A DNA stretch of 64,000 nucleotides, taken from contig CP142737.1 of assembly GCA_036630325.1 (NCBI GenBank), forward strand, positions 372,001 through 436,000. The letters are read 5' to 3'. This stretch comes from Vairimorpha necatrix. Taxonomy: Eukaryota. The notes beneath the pieces were generated by a model. The model had not been told where the DNA came from. It was given only the letters and a program-made list of their open reading frames with translations, and did not search any database. Each line of letters starts with the position of its first letter. Positions within the stretch are counted from its first letter, which is position 1. Position numbers and translations under genes: made by a program. Positions 23,855 through 34,104 of this stretch are shown one piece after another.

Positions 23855-24556
23855 TTAATTATTTTCTAAATCAATAATATTATCATATGGCGTTATCCCC
23901 TTTTCTTTACTAAATTCCATTATAGGAGAAGATTCTGTAGTTGGCTTAATATTAAATCTAATATCTTCTCCATCGAGTATTTTTTTAATGATTTCTTTAT
24001 AATATCCTGTTTTAAATACTTTTTTTACTTCATGGCTAGTTTCTTTTTCCATTTTTATATTCATGTAAGAAGAAATCCCATTTTCTAATTCACTCTTATC
24101 AATTGTAAATACATTAAAATTCAAACATAAAAGACCTCTATAAAGTCTTTTTGTTTTTTCTCCTAGAAAATAAAGTAACTCACAAATCATTTTCTCTTTC
24201 CCAACGTAGCCATTTAGATCTAGATTTTCATTTAGTGAATGCCAATATGGTGTAAATTCCAATTCTTCAAGGTTAATTGCTTCCTCCCTTTCATCAACCT
24301 TTACCTTAATGGGAAATTTTAACTTCGTCAGAAGGGAATTATAAATCACTCTTGCTATTTCTTCGTCTTTTTTTATACTATAATCCTGGTATATAAAATC
24401 AGGTTTATCCATAAATAATAATTCTGCACATTCCATTATTTCATTTTTTTTCGAATTTAAATATTGTAGTTCAGTATTTTTTCTTGTTTCTTGATAATTT
24501 CTAAATATATATCCTAGATATAAAATAAAAACGACCATTAAAGTATGCATTAACAT
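23855..24556 (-). CDS. Putative secreted/membrane protein, paralog family (copy 3)
   Basis: 233-aa ORF; cccagg before ATG; hydrophobic N-terminus; KLKFPIK, GKE and LGEKTK..LLCLN shared with the 4101 copy. Confidence 0.8.
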   Translation of the reverse strand: MLMHTLMVVFILYLGYIFRNYQETRKNTELQYLNSKKNEIMECAELLFMDKPDFIYQDYSIKKDEEIARVIYNSLLTKLKFPIKVKVDEREEAINLEELEFTPYWHSLNENLDLNGYVGKEKMICELLYFLGEKTKRLYRGLLCLNFNVFTIDKSELENGISSYMNIKMEKETSHEVKKVFKTGYYKEIIKKILDGEDIRFNIKPTTESSPIMEFSKEKGITPYDNIIDLENN

Positions 24557-24625
24557 CCTGGGAGGATAAAAAAATAATTTTTAAGTTTAGTTTTCAAGCA
24601 CAGTATCATGGCTAAAGAGAACTTA

Positions 24626-25427
24626 CAGCCCCCGCATTTGAGGCGCTACGATTTTTTTTTTCGAACCCCAAAAATGAAGTGTAAAAAAAGGAGGAGCAAA
24701 GAAGAGACAAAAATTACTAAGCACTTATTACATTAAAAACAATAAATAAATATATGATTTTATACAAAAATTAATTTTAAATTTAGTTATAATAATCATT
24801 TGAAGTATTGTGTCTTTTTCACCTTTCTTATTTTTTAGAATTGGGGACAAAAACGCTCCCTCTGAGGGTGTTCACTTTATTATTTTGAACCCCAAAAACG
24901 AAGTGCAAAATAAAGGAGAAGCAATCATTAGTACTCAAATTACTTGCATCTTCAAACAGTAAAAATACCAAATAAATATATATTCTTATACGAAATTTAA
25001 TTTAAAAAAAGAATATAACCATAAAACTATAAAATTCTAAATAACTTAACATATTTAATTAAATTTTTTGATTTAACAATCTGTATAGATCGTTGAACAT
25101 TTATTTAAATTTTCTTATATAACTAATATTTATAATTTTAATTGTTGGTTTATTTTTAAAGTAGATTTTCTTCAAAAATCTACTTTCATAATAAACCAAC
25201 AATTAAAAAAAATTGAAAAAATAAGAAGGGCGGAAAAAGACACAATACTCTAAGAGATTATTATAACTAAGTCTAAAATTAATTTTTGTATAAAATCATA
25301 TATTTATTTATTGTTTTTAATGTAATAAGTGCTTAGTAATTTTTGTCTCTTCTTTGCTCCTCCTTTTTTTACACTTCATTTTTGGGGTTCGAAAAAAAAA
25401 ATCGTAGCGCCTCAAATGCGGGGGCTG
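24626..25427. mobile_element. MITE/foldback with ~210-bp near-perfect TIRs (Tc1/mariner-like TA|CAG...CTG|TA)
   Basis: 24626-~24835 is the reverse complement of ~25215-25427; no ORF. Confidence 0.8.
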
Positions 25428-27650
25428 TAAGTATCCCAGCTCCCAGTATCATTAATAGATAATTATCTAAAAAAATGTTTTTTTCATCATACGTGTTGTG
25501 GTCAGAATAATTACCGAAAAACATAAGTTTATTTAATTAATCAATTTATAGTAAATATCAGATGATATTTACTATATCAGAGATTGACATGCTATACTCA
25601 ACACTCTTCCTCCTTTCAAAAAAAACATTTTCTCACGTTACTTAGGTTCAAAGTAATTATCCTTCCATCTGTTAGCTTGATGTCAACAGATCCAAACCTC
25701 TTAGCTATAATTGTTCCACTAAAATTATAATCTGCTGCTAATTTATGTTCTTTACTGACTGGGTGATGATAAAGTATATTATCTCCAACTTTAATTTCTT
25801 CTCTAGTTTTACTTCTTGTAGGTTTGCAGTAACTTGTTTTATATTGAATTATGTGCTGTTTTTGTTGTTTTGACATTTTCTTCTTCGACTACATTTCCCG
25901 CGGTGAACAGTTTATTCCTCGATGAAATGAATCCAGATATCCTTCCAACGGTTTCTTAATGCATTGCACCCAGTCAATCCTCCCGAAATTTGACACCTTT
26001 TTTAACTTTTCCACAAATGTTCTGTTGAATCTCTCTACTAACCCTGTAGTTGTAGGTGTATATGGTGCCCCCAGTCTCCATTCAATTTTATGTATCGTTG
26101 CAAAATTTTTCATGCTCTGGTTCACGAACTCTTTTCCATTATCAGATATAACAACCTTTGGTGCGCCCATTTTTTTAATAGTTTCTTCGAGTCCCCCACT
26201 CGTTTCCATTGCATCCTTAGTCCGCAATAGTATTACATTCGCTACCTTCGAGAAATTATCGATTATGGTTAACAAATATCTATATCCTTTTTGGCTTTGC
26301 GGTAGAGGCCCTAATATGTCAATTTCCCATTTTCGTTTAATTTATCTGCTCTAACCGGAATGATGCTCTTCTTGATGTAATATGACCCCATCTGTTGACA
26401 CTTAAGGCAATTTTGTATTGTCTTTATAACTTCCTTTTGTAGACCTTTTTTTTTTCCTTAAGGCGTACATCATTGCTTTTCTTGATCCATGTGCTAACCG
26501 TTCGTGTGTCCATTTCACAAGTTTCAGGACTTCACTTTGTTCTTTTATAACTTTGATGCTCTGCGTTTCCCCCATCATTCGACTTAACGAATCGCTTGGA
26601 TTATTCTGTCCTTTAATATGTTCGATCTCTATATCATATTCCTGTAGATAGAGCGCCATCTTGCGAACTTTGTTTTCATGTTTGTACTCTTGAATAGAAA
26701 TTTTATCGCACTATGATCTGTTCTTAGCAGAAATTTCTTTCCAATTAAATAATGTCTGAAATGCTCAATTGCTTTGATTACTGCTAATAATTCTTTTTCT
26801 GTCGTTGAATATTTTTTTTCTGCCTTAGAATGCACTTTAGAATAATAACATAAGATTTTTTTTTCTCCTCTCTGTATCTGTGAAAGTATTGCCCCCGAAC
26901 CAAGATCTGATGCATCTGTAGTAAGAATAAATTTTTCATTAAGATCGGGCATTCCGAGTACTCACGTCCTTCCAATATTATCTTTTAGCGATTCGATAGC
27001 TTTAATATATTTGTCTTCGTTACTAATTCTAATCCAATCTACTTCCGAATTCTTTTTTATTAATCCGTAAAGGTATGTAGTTTCTTTCGATAAATTTTTT
27101 ATAAACTTACTACAATAGTTAATCGTCCCTAAAAAAGATTCTAATTCCTTTCTGTTTTGGGGAATTTTAGTTCTTTAATCGCTTTATTTTTTCTGAATCA
27201 ATTCTAATCCCTCTATGTTCTACTACGTGTCCAAGTATTTGGATTTGCTTCTGTTCATATTAACATTTGCTATCGTAAAGCTTTAATCCTGCCTTATTAA
27301 TTAATTTTAACACTTTTCTAACGTGATCCCTATGTTCTTCCAAAGTCCTACTATATATAATAATGTCATCCATATACGCCATGGTGGACTTCCCGAGGTA
27401 CGGCTTTAATATTCTATTCATCATCCTCTGAAACGTCGCTGGAGCATTCACTAGACCAAATGGCATGTACATAAATTCATAAAGTTATCACCCGCATGAA
27501 AAAGCTGTTTTTTCTATGTCGTTTTCATTCATTTTTATCTGGTGATATCCTGATAATGCATCTAATTTAGTAAAAAAGATTGATCCGTGCAGAGAGTCTA
27601 ATATCTCGTCAACCCGAGGCATGGGGTACGAGTAAAAAAAAAATAAAAAT

Positions 27651-30600
27651 TGTTGGAACAAAACATGGGTTTATTTTTATAAAATTATTTAAAAGAACAG
27701 ATGTCAAATATATCAACTCGATTATATATTTGACATTGACATTGATATATATTCCTACACTACTTCCCCTTTAAAAGTTTTACATGATTTCGATTCGCTG
27801 TAATCGTTCTTCCGTCGTCAAGTAAAACACTATACGATTTAAACCTTTTATCCAAGACCGTTCCTTTATCTTGCCATTTTGGTTCCAGTTTCCCTCCTTG
27901 GGGCAAAATTAGTCTGTACCATACCCTGTCACCTACCTTTATTTCTTCCAATTGGGGCGCACCCGTTTTCTCATGTGTTGCATACTCCCCTCTGTATCGT
28001 TCTAAATTCTCCTTCGCTCTAGTCCTAAAGTCTGTTCTATCCATTCTAATATTAATTCCTTCCTGCAGATCCATATGATTAAGAACTAATCCTTGGTGCA
28101 ATTCTATGGGCGCACAGCCTATGGCACGGTGATAGGACTGCATATAGGCTTTATTTACTTTTTTTGCACATTTGGCCCAATCGAACTTGCCAAATTCCGT
28201 GATCTTCCTCAGTTTAATTCCTATTGTTCTGTTAAATCTCTCTATTAATCCTGTGGTGGTCGGACTGTATGGTGATCCGTATTTCCAAGTAAACTGTTTC
28301 TCTTTTGCATAATCCTCACAGATTCGATTTTTAAACTCTCGTCCATTATCTGTTAAAATTGCCTTCGGAATTCCATATTTCTTTATGATGTATCTGTCCA
28401 CTAAATGCACTATTGTGTTCATGTCTTTTGTATGGATCGGGATAATCTCCCCCGTTTTTGAGAAATGATCTACCATTGTCAGTAGATACCTGTACCCGTC
28501 CTCACTCTCCTTGAATGGTCCTACTATGTCAATTTCCCAAATCTCACCAATGTTGTTTGCCACCAATGGTACAATATCTTTGAATTGTTTTTGTTCTCTT
28601 TCCTGTTGGCAGATTTCGCAGTTCTCTACAAACTGATCTATATCTTTGTTAATTTCCTTCCATTCATATTTACGTCTCATGTTATATTTCATATTTTTCT
28701 TTGAGCCATGGCCCAACATATCGTGGTAAAATCTGACCAGTTCTAGTCCCCTTTCCCTGTTTATAACTTTCCTTTCTTCAGCAGTGCTTACTGTTTCAAT
28801 TTTCTTCATCTCTATTTTGAAGTCTCTACTTAAATGGTCTACATGGTTTGAGGGTCCCGCAATATACTCAATTTCAAAATCATATTCCTGAAGGAGGAGC
28901 GACCATCTCGCTAACCTTGCCTTAATATTCCTTGACTTAAAAAGATACTTTAAAGCCTGATGGTCCGTTCTTAAGGTAAACTTTCCCAACAGTAGATATT
29001 CTCTGAAGTGTTGAAATGCTTTGACTACCGCCAACAACTCCTGTTCTGTTGTAGAATAATTTTTTTCCGCTTTCGTGTGCAAAGAACTAAAGTATGCTAC
29101 CATTTTTTCCTCTCCTTCTATTACCTGGGATAGCATGGCTCCACTTCCTTCATTTGACGCGTCCGTCGTCAAAATGAATTTATCTCTCGTATTTGGGATA
29201 GTCAATAATGTCGCTTTATTCACAGCTGCCTTTAACGCTTCTATGGCTTCGATAAACTGCCTGTTTTCTGATGCCCTTTTCCAAAATTTGATTTCCTCTT
29301 CCTTTTTCAACTTAATGATCCTATACAATGGGCTTACTATCTTATGACTGTCTTTTATAAATTTCGAACAGTAATTATATAGCCCCAACAATGATTGCAA
29401 TTTCTTTTTGTTTTTTGGAATCGGCAATTCCTCAATACTCTTTATCCTTTCTGTGTCGATCCTAACTCCTTCCTTCGAGATCACATGCCCCAAGATTTTA
29501 AGTTCTTTCTTATTAAATTCACACTTTTTCTCATTCAGCTTTACTCCAGCATTTACCAACTTCTCCATAACCAGCCTAACATGCGCTTGATGTTCCTCGA
29601 ACGTTCTACTATAGACCAAGATATCATCCATATAAACAACCACAAATTTGTATAAAAACTCTCTCAGTATGTTATTCATTGCTCTCTGAAATGTGGCTGG
29701 CCCGTTTACTAGACCGAAAGGCATCTTTACAAATTCAAAAAGTCCTTCTCTGCATGCAAAGGCAGTCTTCTCAATATCCTTTGGAGCCATATTGATCTGG
29801 TGATATCCCGATTCTGCATCCATCTTAGTAAAATAACTTGCACCCTCTAGTGCATCAATAAACTCATCCACTCTAGGCATGGGGTATGCATCCTTAATCG
29901 TAATATCATTAAGCCGCCTGTAATCTATACACAATCTATATCCTCCATCTTTTTTTGGTACTACAATCACTGGACTTCGCCAAGCACTCTCACTTGGCCG
30001 TATCACCCCCAGCTCAAGGTATTCTTTTATTATTTTAGATGCCTCTTTTTCTTTCGTTCCGCCTAATTTATATAGCTGAGCCATGACTGGCTCACTATCT
30101 CCCGTGTTAATCCTATGATATCCAATTGCATTTCCTTTAAGGATTTGTCCCGACTCCATGTTGACCTTTCCATTTCCAAATCTTAGGTCAACTTCATATT
30201 TGTCCAATAATGTCCATCCTACTATGCACGGCATGGTGATGTCCCGTGTTACAATAAATTCGTCTTCAAATATGTATCCTTCTATTTTTATTTTCAGCAT
30301 CGTTTTCCCTATGATTCTTATCTGTGACCCGTTGGCCGCCCGTAATTGAAGATTATCTCTAGTCAATCTTGTTTTGTCTTCAAGGTGTTCCGGCCTAATC
30401 AAATTAACTTCTGCACCTGTATCTAATAATACCTTAAACGGTCGTTTACTGTTCTCAAGTGTAGCCAACTTAACAGTGGATCGATTACTTCTGCTATTTA
30501 ATAACCTATAATTAAAAATAAATTTATTCAAGTCCTCTTCTTCCACATCTATCTCATCATTCCCTAATGGTATACTAACCTCTCTAACTTGTTTTTTCAC

Positions 30601-31377
30601 CTTAGAGCTTTTCCTTAAACTGTTAAAACGACATTGAGAGACCACATGTCCTTGCTCGCTACAGATCAAACATCTAATTTTTGAATAGCTTAATTTTTTA
30701 CTATTAACTTTGTTTCTTATTGCTTCGACTTTAACTTCTTGACCGTATGAGGATGCTATCTGGTTTCGCTCGGTCTCTCTCGTATCCTTAATATTCTTTA
30801 ATGAATCATAGATGTATTTCCACGTAAGGCCCTCTTTGTTGTTAATAAGCACGATGTTAGCTAGATTATTCGGCAGACCATTCAATGTAAACGCTACCAG
30901 GACTTGTTCTGGTACATTTCCTTTCCTCGCTATGGCACCCATTCTGTCGAGATAGTTCAGAATAGATCCACCTGTATACTTCAATGCTGCAAGCTTTTCT
31001 AAACTAATCTTCAGAATCATATTACTGACAAATCTCTCCCTGAATCTATCTATTAGTTCACCCAAGTCTAGCCCTACTGGTTGGGCCATTATCCAATCTT
31101 TTGCTTCTTCCCTAAGAGACATCTTGAATGTAAGTAACAGCTTACCCTCGCTGTACTCATTCAACCTGCCCACTTCCATCAAGTCCTCTATGAACTGTTG
31201 TGGGTCGTCTTTCTCTTCATTTCTGAAGATGAGAAGAATATTTTTGTCGCTTGTCGCCAAATTGTTGGAACAAAACATGGGTTTATTTTTATAAAATTAT
31301 TTAAAAGAACAAATGTCAAATATATCAACTCGATTATATATTTGACATTGACATTGACATTGATATATATTCCTACA
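27651..31377 (-). mobile_element. Ty3/gypsy LTR retrotransposon 2, intact
   Basis: LTRs 27651-27759 and 31263-31377 differ by one substitution and one 6-bp repeat unit; TSD AAAAT; PBS TGGCGAC; PPT aaaggggaagtag. Confidence 0.97.
27760..31278 (-). CDS. Single-ORF Gag-Pol polyprotein
   Basis: CLIC..GH..C knuckle, LLDTGA protease, YMDD RT, TDAS RNase H, HHCC + DDE integrase; 1172 aa uninterrupted. Confidence 0.97.
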   Translation of the reverse strand: MFCSNNLATSDKNILLIFRNEEKDDPQQFIEDLMEVGRLNEYSEGKLLLTFKMSLREEAKDWIMAQPVGLDLGELIDRFRERFVSNMILKISLEKLAALKYTGGSILNYLDRMGAIARKGNVPEQVLVAFTLNGLPNNLANIVLINNKEGLTWKYIYDSLKNIKDTRETERNQIASSYGQEVKVEAIRNKVNSKKLSYSKIRCLICSEQGHVVSQCRFNSLRKSSKVKKQVREVSIPLGNDEIDVEEEDLNKFIFNYRLLNSRSNRSTVKLATLENSKRPFKVLLDTGAEVNLIRPEHLEDKTRLTRDNLQLRAANGSQIRIIGKTMLKIKIEGYIFEDEFIVTRDITMPCIVGWTLLDKYEVDLRFGNGKVNMESGQILKGNAIGYHRINTGDSEPVMAQLYKLGGTKEKEASKIIKEYLELGVIRPSESAWRSPVIVVPKKDGGYRLCIDYRRLNDITIKDAYPMPRVDEFIDALEGASYFTKMDAESGYHQINMAPKDIEKTAFACREGLFEFVKMPFGLVNGPATFQRAMNNILREFLYKFVVVYMDDILVYSRTFEEHQAHVRLVMEKLVNAGVKLNEKKCEFNKKELKILGHVISKEGVRIDTERIKSIEELPIPKNKKKLQSLLGLYNYCSKFIKDSHKIVSPLYRIIKLKKEEEIKFWKRASENRQFIEAIEALKAAVNKATLLTIPNTRDKFILTTDASNEGSGAMLSQVIEGEEKMVAYFSSLHTKAEKNYSTTEQELLAVVKAFQHFREYLLLGKFTLRTDHQALKYLFKSRNIKARLARWSLLLQEYDFEIEYIAGPSNHVDHLSRDFKIEMKKIETVSTAEERKVINRERGLELVRFYHDMLGHGSKKNMKYNMRRKYEWKEINKDIDQFVENCEICQQEREQKQFKDIVPLVANNIGEIWEIDIVGPFKESEDGYRYLLTMVDHFSKTGEIIPIHTKDMNTIVHLVDRYIIKKYGIPKAILTDNGREFKNRICEDYAKEKQFTWKYGSPYSPTTTGLIERFNRTIGIKLRKITEFGKFDWAKCAKKVNKAYMQSYHRAIGCAPIELHQGLVLNHMDLQEGINIRMDRTDFRTRAKENLERYRGEYATHEKTGAPQLEEIKVGDRVWYRLILPQGGKLEPKWQDKGTVLDKRFKSYSVLLDDGRTITANRNHVKLLKGK

Positions 31378-31382
31378 AAAAT

Positions 31383-31859
31383 AAAAATGTTTATTGTAAA
31401 AAAGACAGAATCAGCAAAACGAAGAAAAGCCACCAAAAACTCCACCAACCAGAAAAACATCAATAATTGAGATTACCCGCCAGCATACCTCAACGGCCTC
31501 GCTTGTAGGAGAAAAATTTGTTCCCAGAGGTAACAGATCCTTAGTCATCTCTGACTACATATTTCGCGGACCTGACGAAAACACAACGCCTGGTTCAATA
31601 CACCATTTAAGAACACGACTCAGTTCAGCGGAACATTACAGCTTCAGTATCATGCCCAACCTCTCCCAGGTTAAAAATATGAAGAATTACTCGAAAGTTA
31701 ACGGCGTTCTTCTCACCAGCAATGGGTCTCCCACCCCTAGAGTATAGCTGACCCTACTTACCAACCAGCAGCCGAAGGTTGGTAAGACTTAGAGATCTGC
31801 ACCTAGTTAAAAAACATCGGTCCCGCCCTCCGCGACGTGGACGCTCTCTTGTGGAGGGT
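31383..31859 (-). mobile_element. Non-coding retroposon (SINE/SIDE-like); its T-rich tail continues at 27634-27650
   Basis: 16-bp TSD GGCATGGGGTACGAGT at 27618-27633 and 31860-31875, splitting the host RT at YPMP. No ORF; AATAAA then T-rich 3' end on the minus strand. Confidence 0.85.
31791..31859 (-). ncRNA. HDV-like self-cleaving ribozyme (predicted)
   Basis: ACCCUCC-ACA-AGAGA-GCG-UCCACGU-CGC-GGAGGGC-GG-G-ACC..GGU-GCAGA-UCUCU parses as P1, P2, P3, L3, P3', P1', P1.1, P4, J4/2 with catalytic C, and P2'. Confidence 0.85.
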
Positions 31860-34104
31860 GGCATGGGGTACGAGTCTTTTATTGTTATTTCGTTTAGTCT
31901 TCTGTAGTTAACGCATAACCTGCAATCTCCGTTCTTTTTCTTTGCCAGTACCACTGGACTTCTCCATGGACTATGAGCCTCCCGTAAGACACCTTCTTTT
32001 AGATATTGTTTAACAATTTTCTTCGCTTCCTTTTCCGCTTCCGCCCCAAACCTATAACACGCGTTCGTATTGGAGGGAGATTTTGAGTGATAATCCTATG
32101 TTCTCCCAGATTTTCTTTTGCACACTCCTTTTGTGTCCATTCAATGCGACAGCCTGTTCCAAATTCAATTTTGACTTTATGTTTCTTAAGGAAACCGAGA
32201 CCAATGATCATATTTGAAGTTATTTCGTTAGTTACAACAAAATTTTCTTCGAAAACTCTTTCTCCGATCGTGAATTTTTGTCTTGTCATACCCAAAGTTC
32301 TTATTTCTGTACCGTTTGCAGAGATAAGGTTTCCTGTGTGTTCCAGTTTGAAATTCCTAACGTATTTTTCTTTAATTAAGTTTACGCATGCTCCTGAGTC
32401 GACTAGCGCTTGTACATGGAATTTTCCAATTTTAACTACTACGGTGAGGTCTTTATTTGAGGCATTACCTAAGGACCTAATAGCGTTGTAATAATTAAAA
32501 GTTTTGTTTTCATTACATTCATCCTCTTCTTTAATTTCCATTCCAACTTGTCTTACCTTCGTTTTACGCTGTTCCTTTTTTCTTTTTTCGCATTCTCTTT
32601 TAAATGTCCTTTTCTGCCACAATACCAACACTCACCATTGCCCTGCACTTTGCATATCTCCATCGTTTCTTCTTTGGCCTTTTGAGGTAATGTCGTATAC
32701 GTATTCGATCTATTACTACAATCGAGTCCTTCACAAGCATTATAGATATAGTTCCATGTAAGTTCAGACGGCGTATTCATCAATAAAATTCCTCCAATAT
32801 CATCAGGTAGTCCATTAAGTACGAATGCAATTAGGACATTATCCGGAAGTTTAGCTTTTATTGAAATTCTCCTCATTTGATCCAAGTATGATAAAAACGA
32901 TCCCGACTGGTATAAGCACCGTGCTAGATTTTTTATGTGTCCACAACTGCTTAATCTTCCTTTAAATCTTTTTAGAAATGCCTCACACAAGAATTCAAAT
33001 TGACAGCTCCATGGCACCGATTCCGCCCATATAGCTGCTTCCCCTGCTAAATTATCACAAAGGAAGAAAACCTTTCCCTCTTCTCCACAGTTTGTAATTA
33101 CTGCCCATCCCCTTATGTATGCCAAGAATGCATCAGGATCATCTTCTCTACTGTTCCTAAAGATTTTTTTGTTTGCGGTTGTCGCCAAACTGTTGTGGTC
33201 AGAATAATTACCGAAAAACATGGGTTTATTTATTTAATCAATTTATAGTAAATATCAGATGATATTTACTATATCAGAGATTGACATGCCATACTCAACA
33301 ATACGTACTACTTATTATAATAGCAAATATTTACAAGCTCTTAGGAGACTAGAAAGAGAAAAATAATATTTTGTTTTTTTAATTTTTATATTCCTGTCAA
33401 ATAAGTTGAAATCAAAGTTAATATAAATCTAAATCTGACTTAAATCTTTATACATAGTGTCAGGCTGCAGACATGCACTGACGATACGCCTTCCAATCAT
33501 ACAATGATCATTGATGCTGTCAAACATCTCGAAGTATTGTAAACAAACATTGGATATGCTTGACATACACAAACTAAAAGTAGGAAAAGTGCATGTCTCA
33601 TGAAGTACTACTAATTTAGTAGAACTTCGGTTTCTTGTTTGTTTGTTTACATCTCAAAGAGTTTGACAGTTAATCTAATTAACTATTTAAACGGAATTTA
33701 CCCCTAACCCACAATTCCGATGAGCAGAAAACAAGAGAACAATATAAATAAATATGTTAGTTTAGACTCGCCCTCTTCTACTTCGGATCAGGCTACATGC
33801 CGGATCACACATAGACAGAAAAATATATATAATATTCTGGCTAAAGTAAGCATTAGCTACAAAAAATCGATATAGGATTTTTTTGTTTTTTTTGCCCCAT
33901 TTTTTCAAAAATGAAGGAGAGAAAATGATGAGGAAGGAACAAAAATAAAAACTAGAATAAATATTTTTATAAAGCTTCAAACACTGGAGTTGTGGAGTTT
34001 CTTTGGATCATATATCTAAATAAATAAAGTTTAGCGCTATTTGATGATCTGTTTCTATTTGGTATAGAATGTTTTAGAGATCTCCAATTACTTTTTATGG
34101 TATA

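Larger units (their letters stand above)
25494..33300 (-). mobile_element. Ty3/gypsy LTR retrotransposon 1 (decayed), host of two nested insertions
   Basis: 110-bp LTRs 25494-25603 and 33191-33300; TSD ATACG; PBS TGGCGACAAC; PPT gaaaggaggaagag. Fragments: gag 32553-33221, PR (LVDSGA), RT (YMDD), RNase H (TDAS), IN 25889-26275. Confidence 0.95.
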
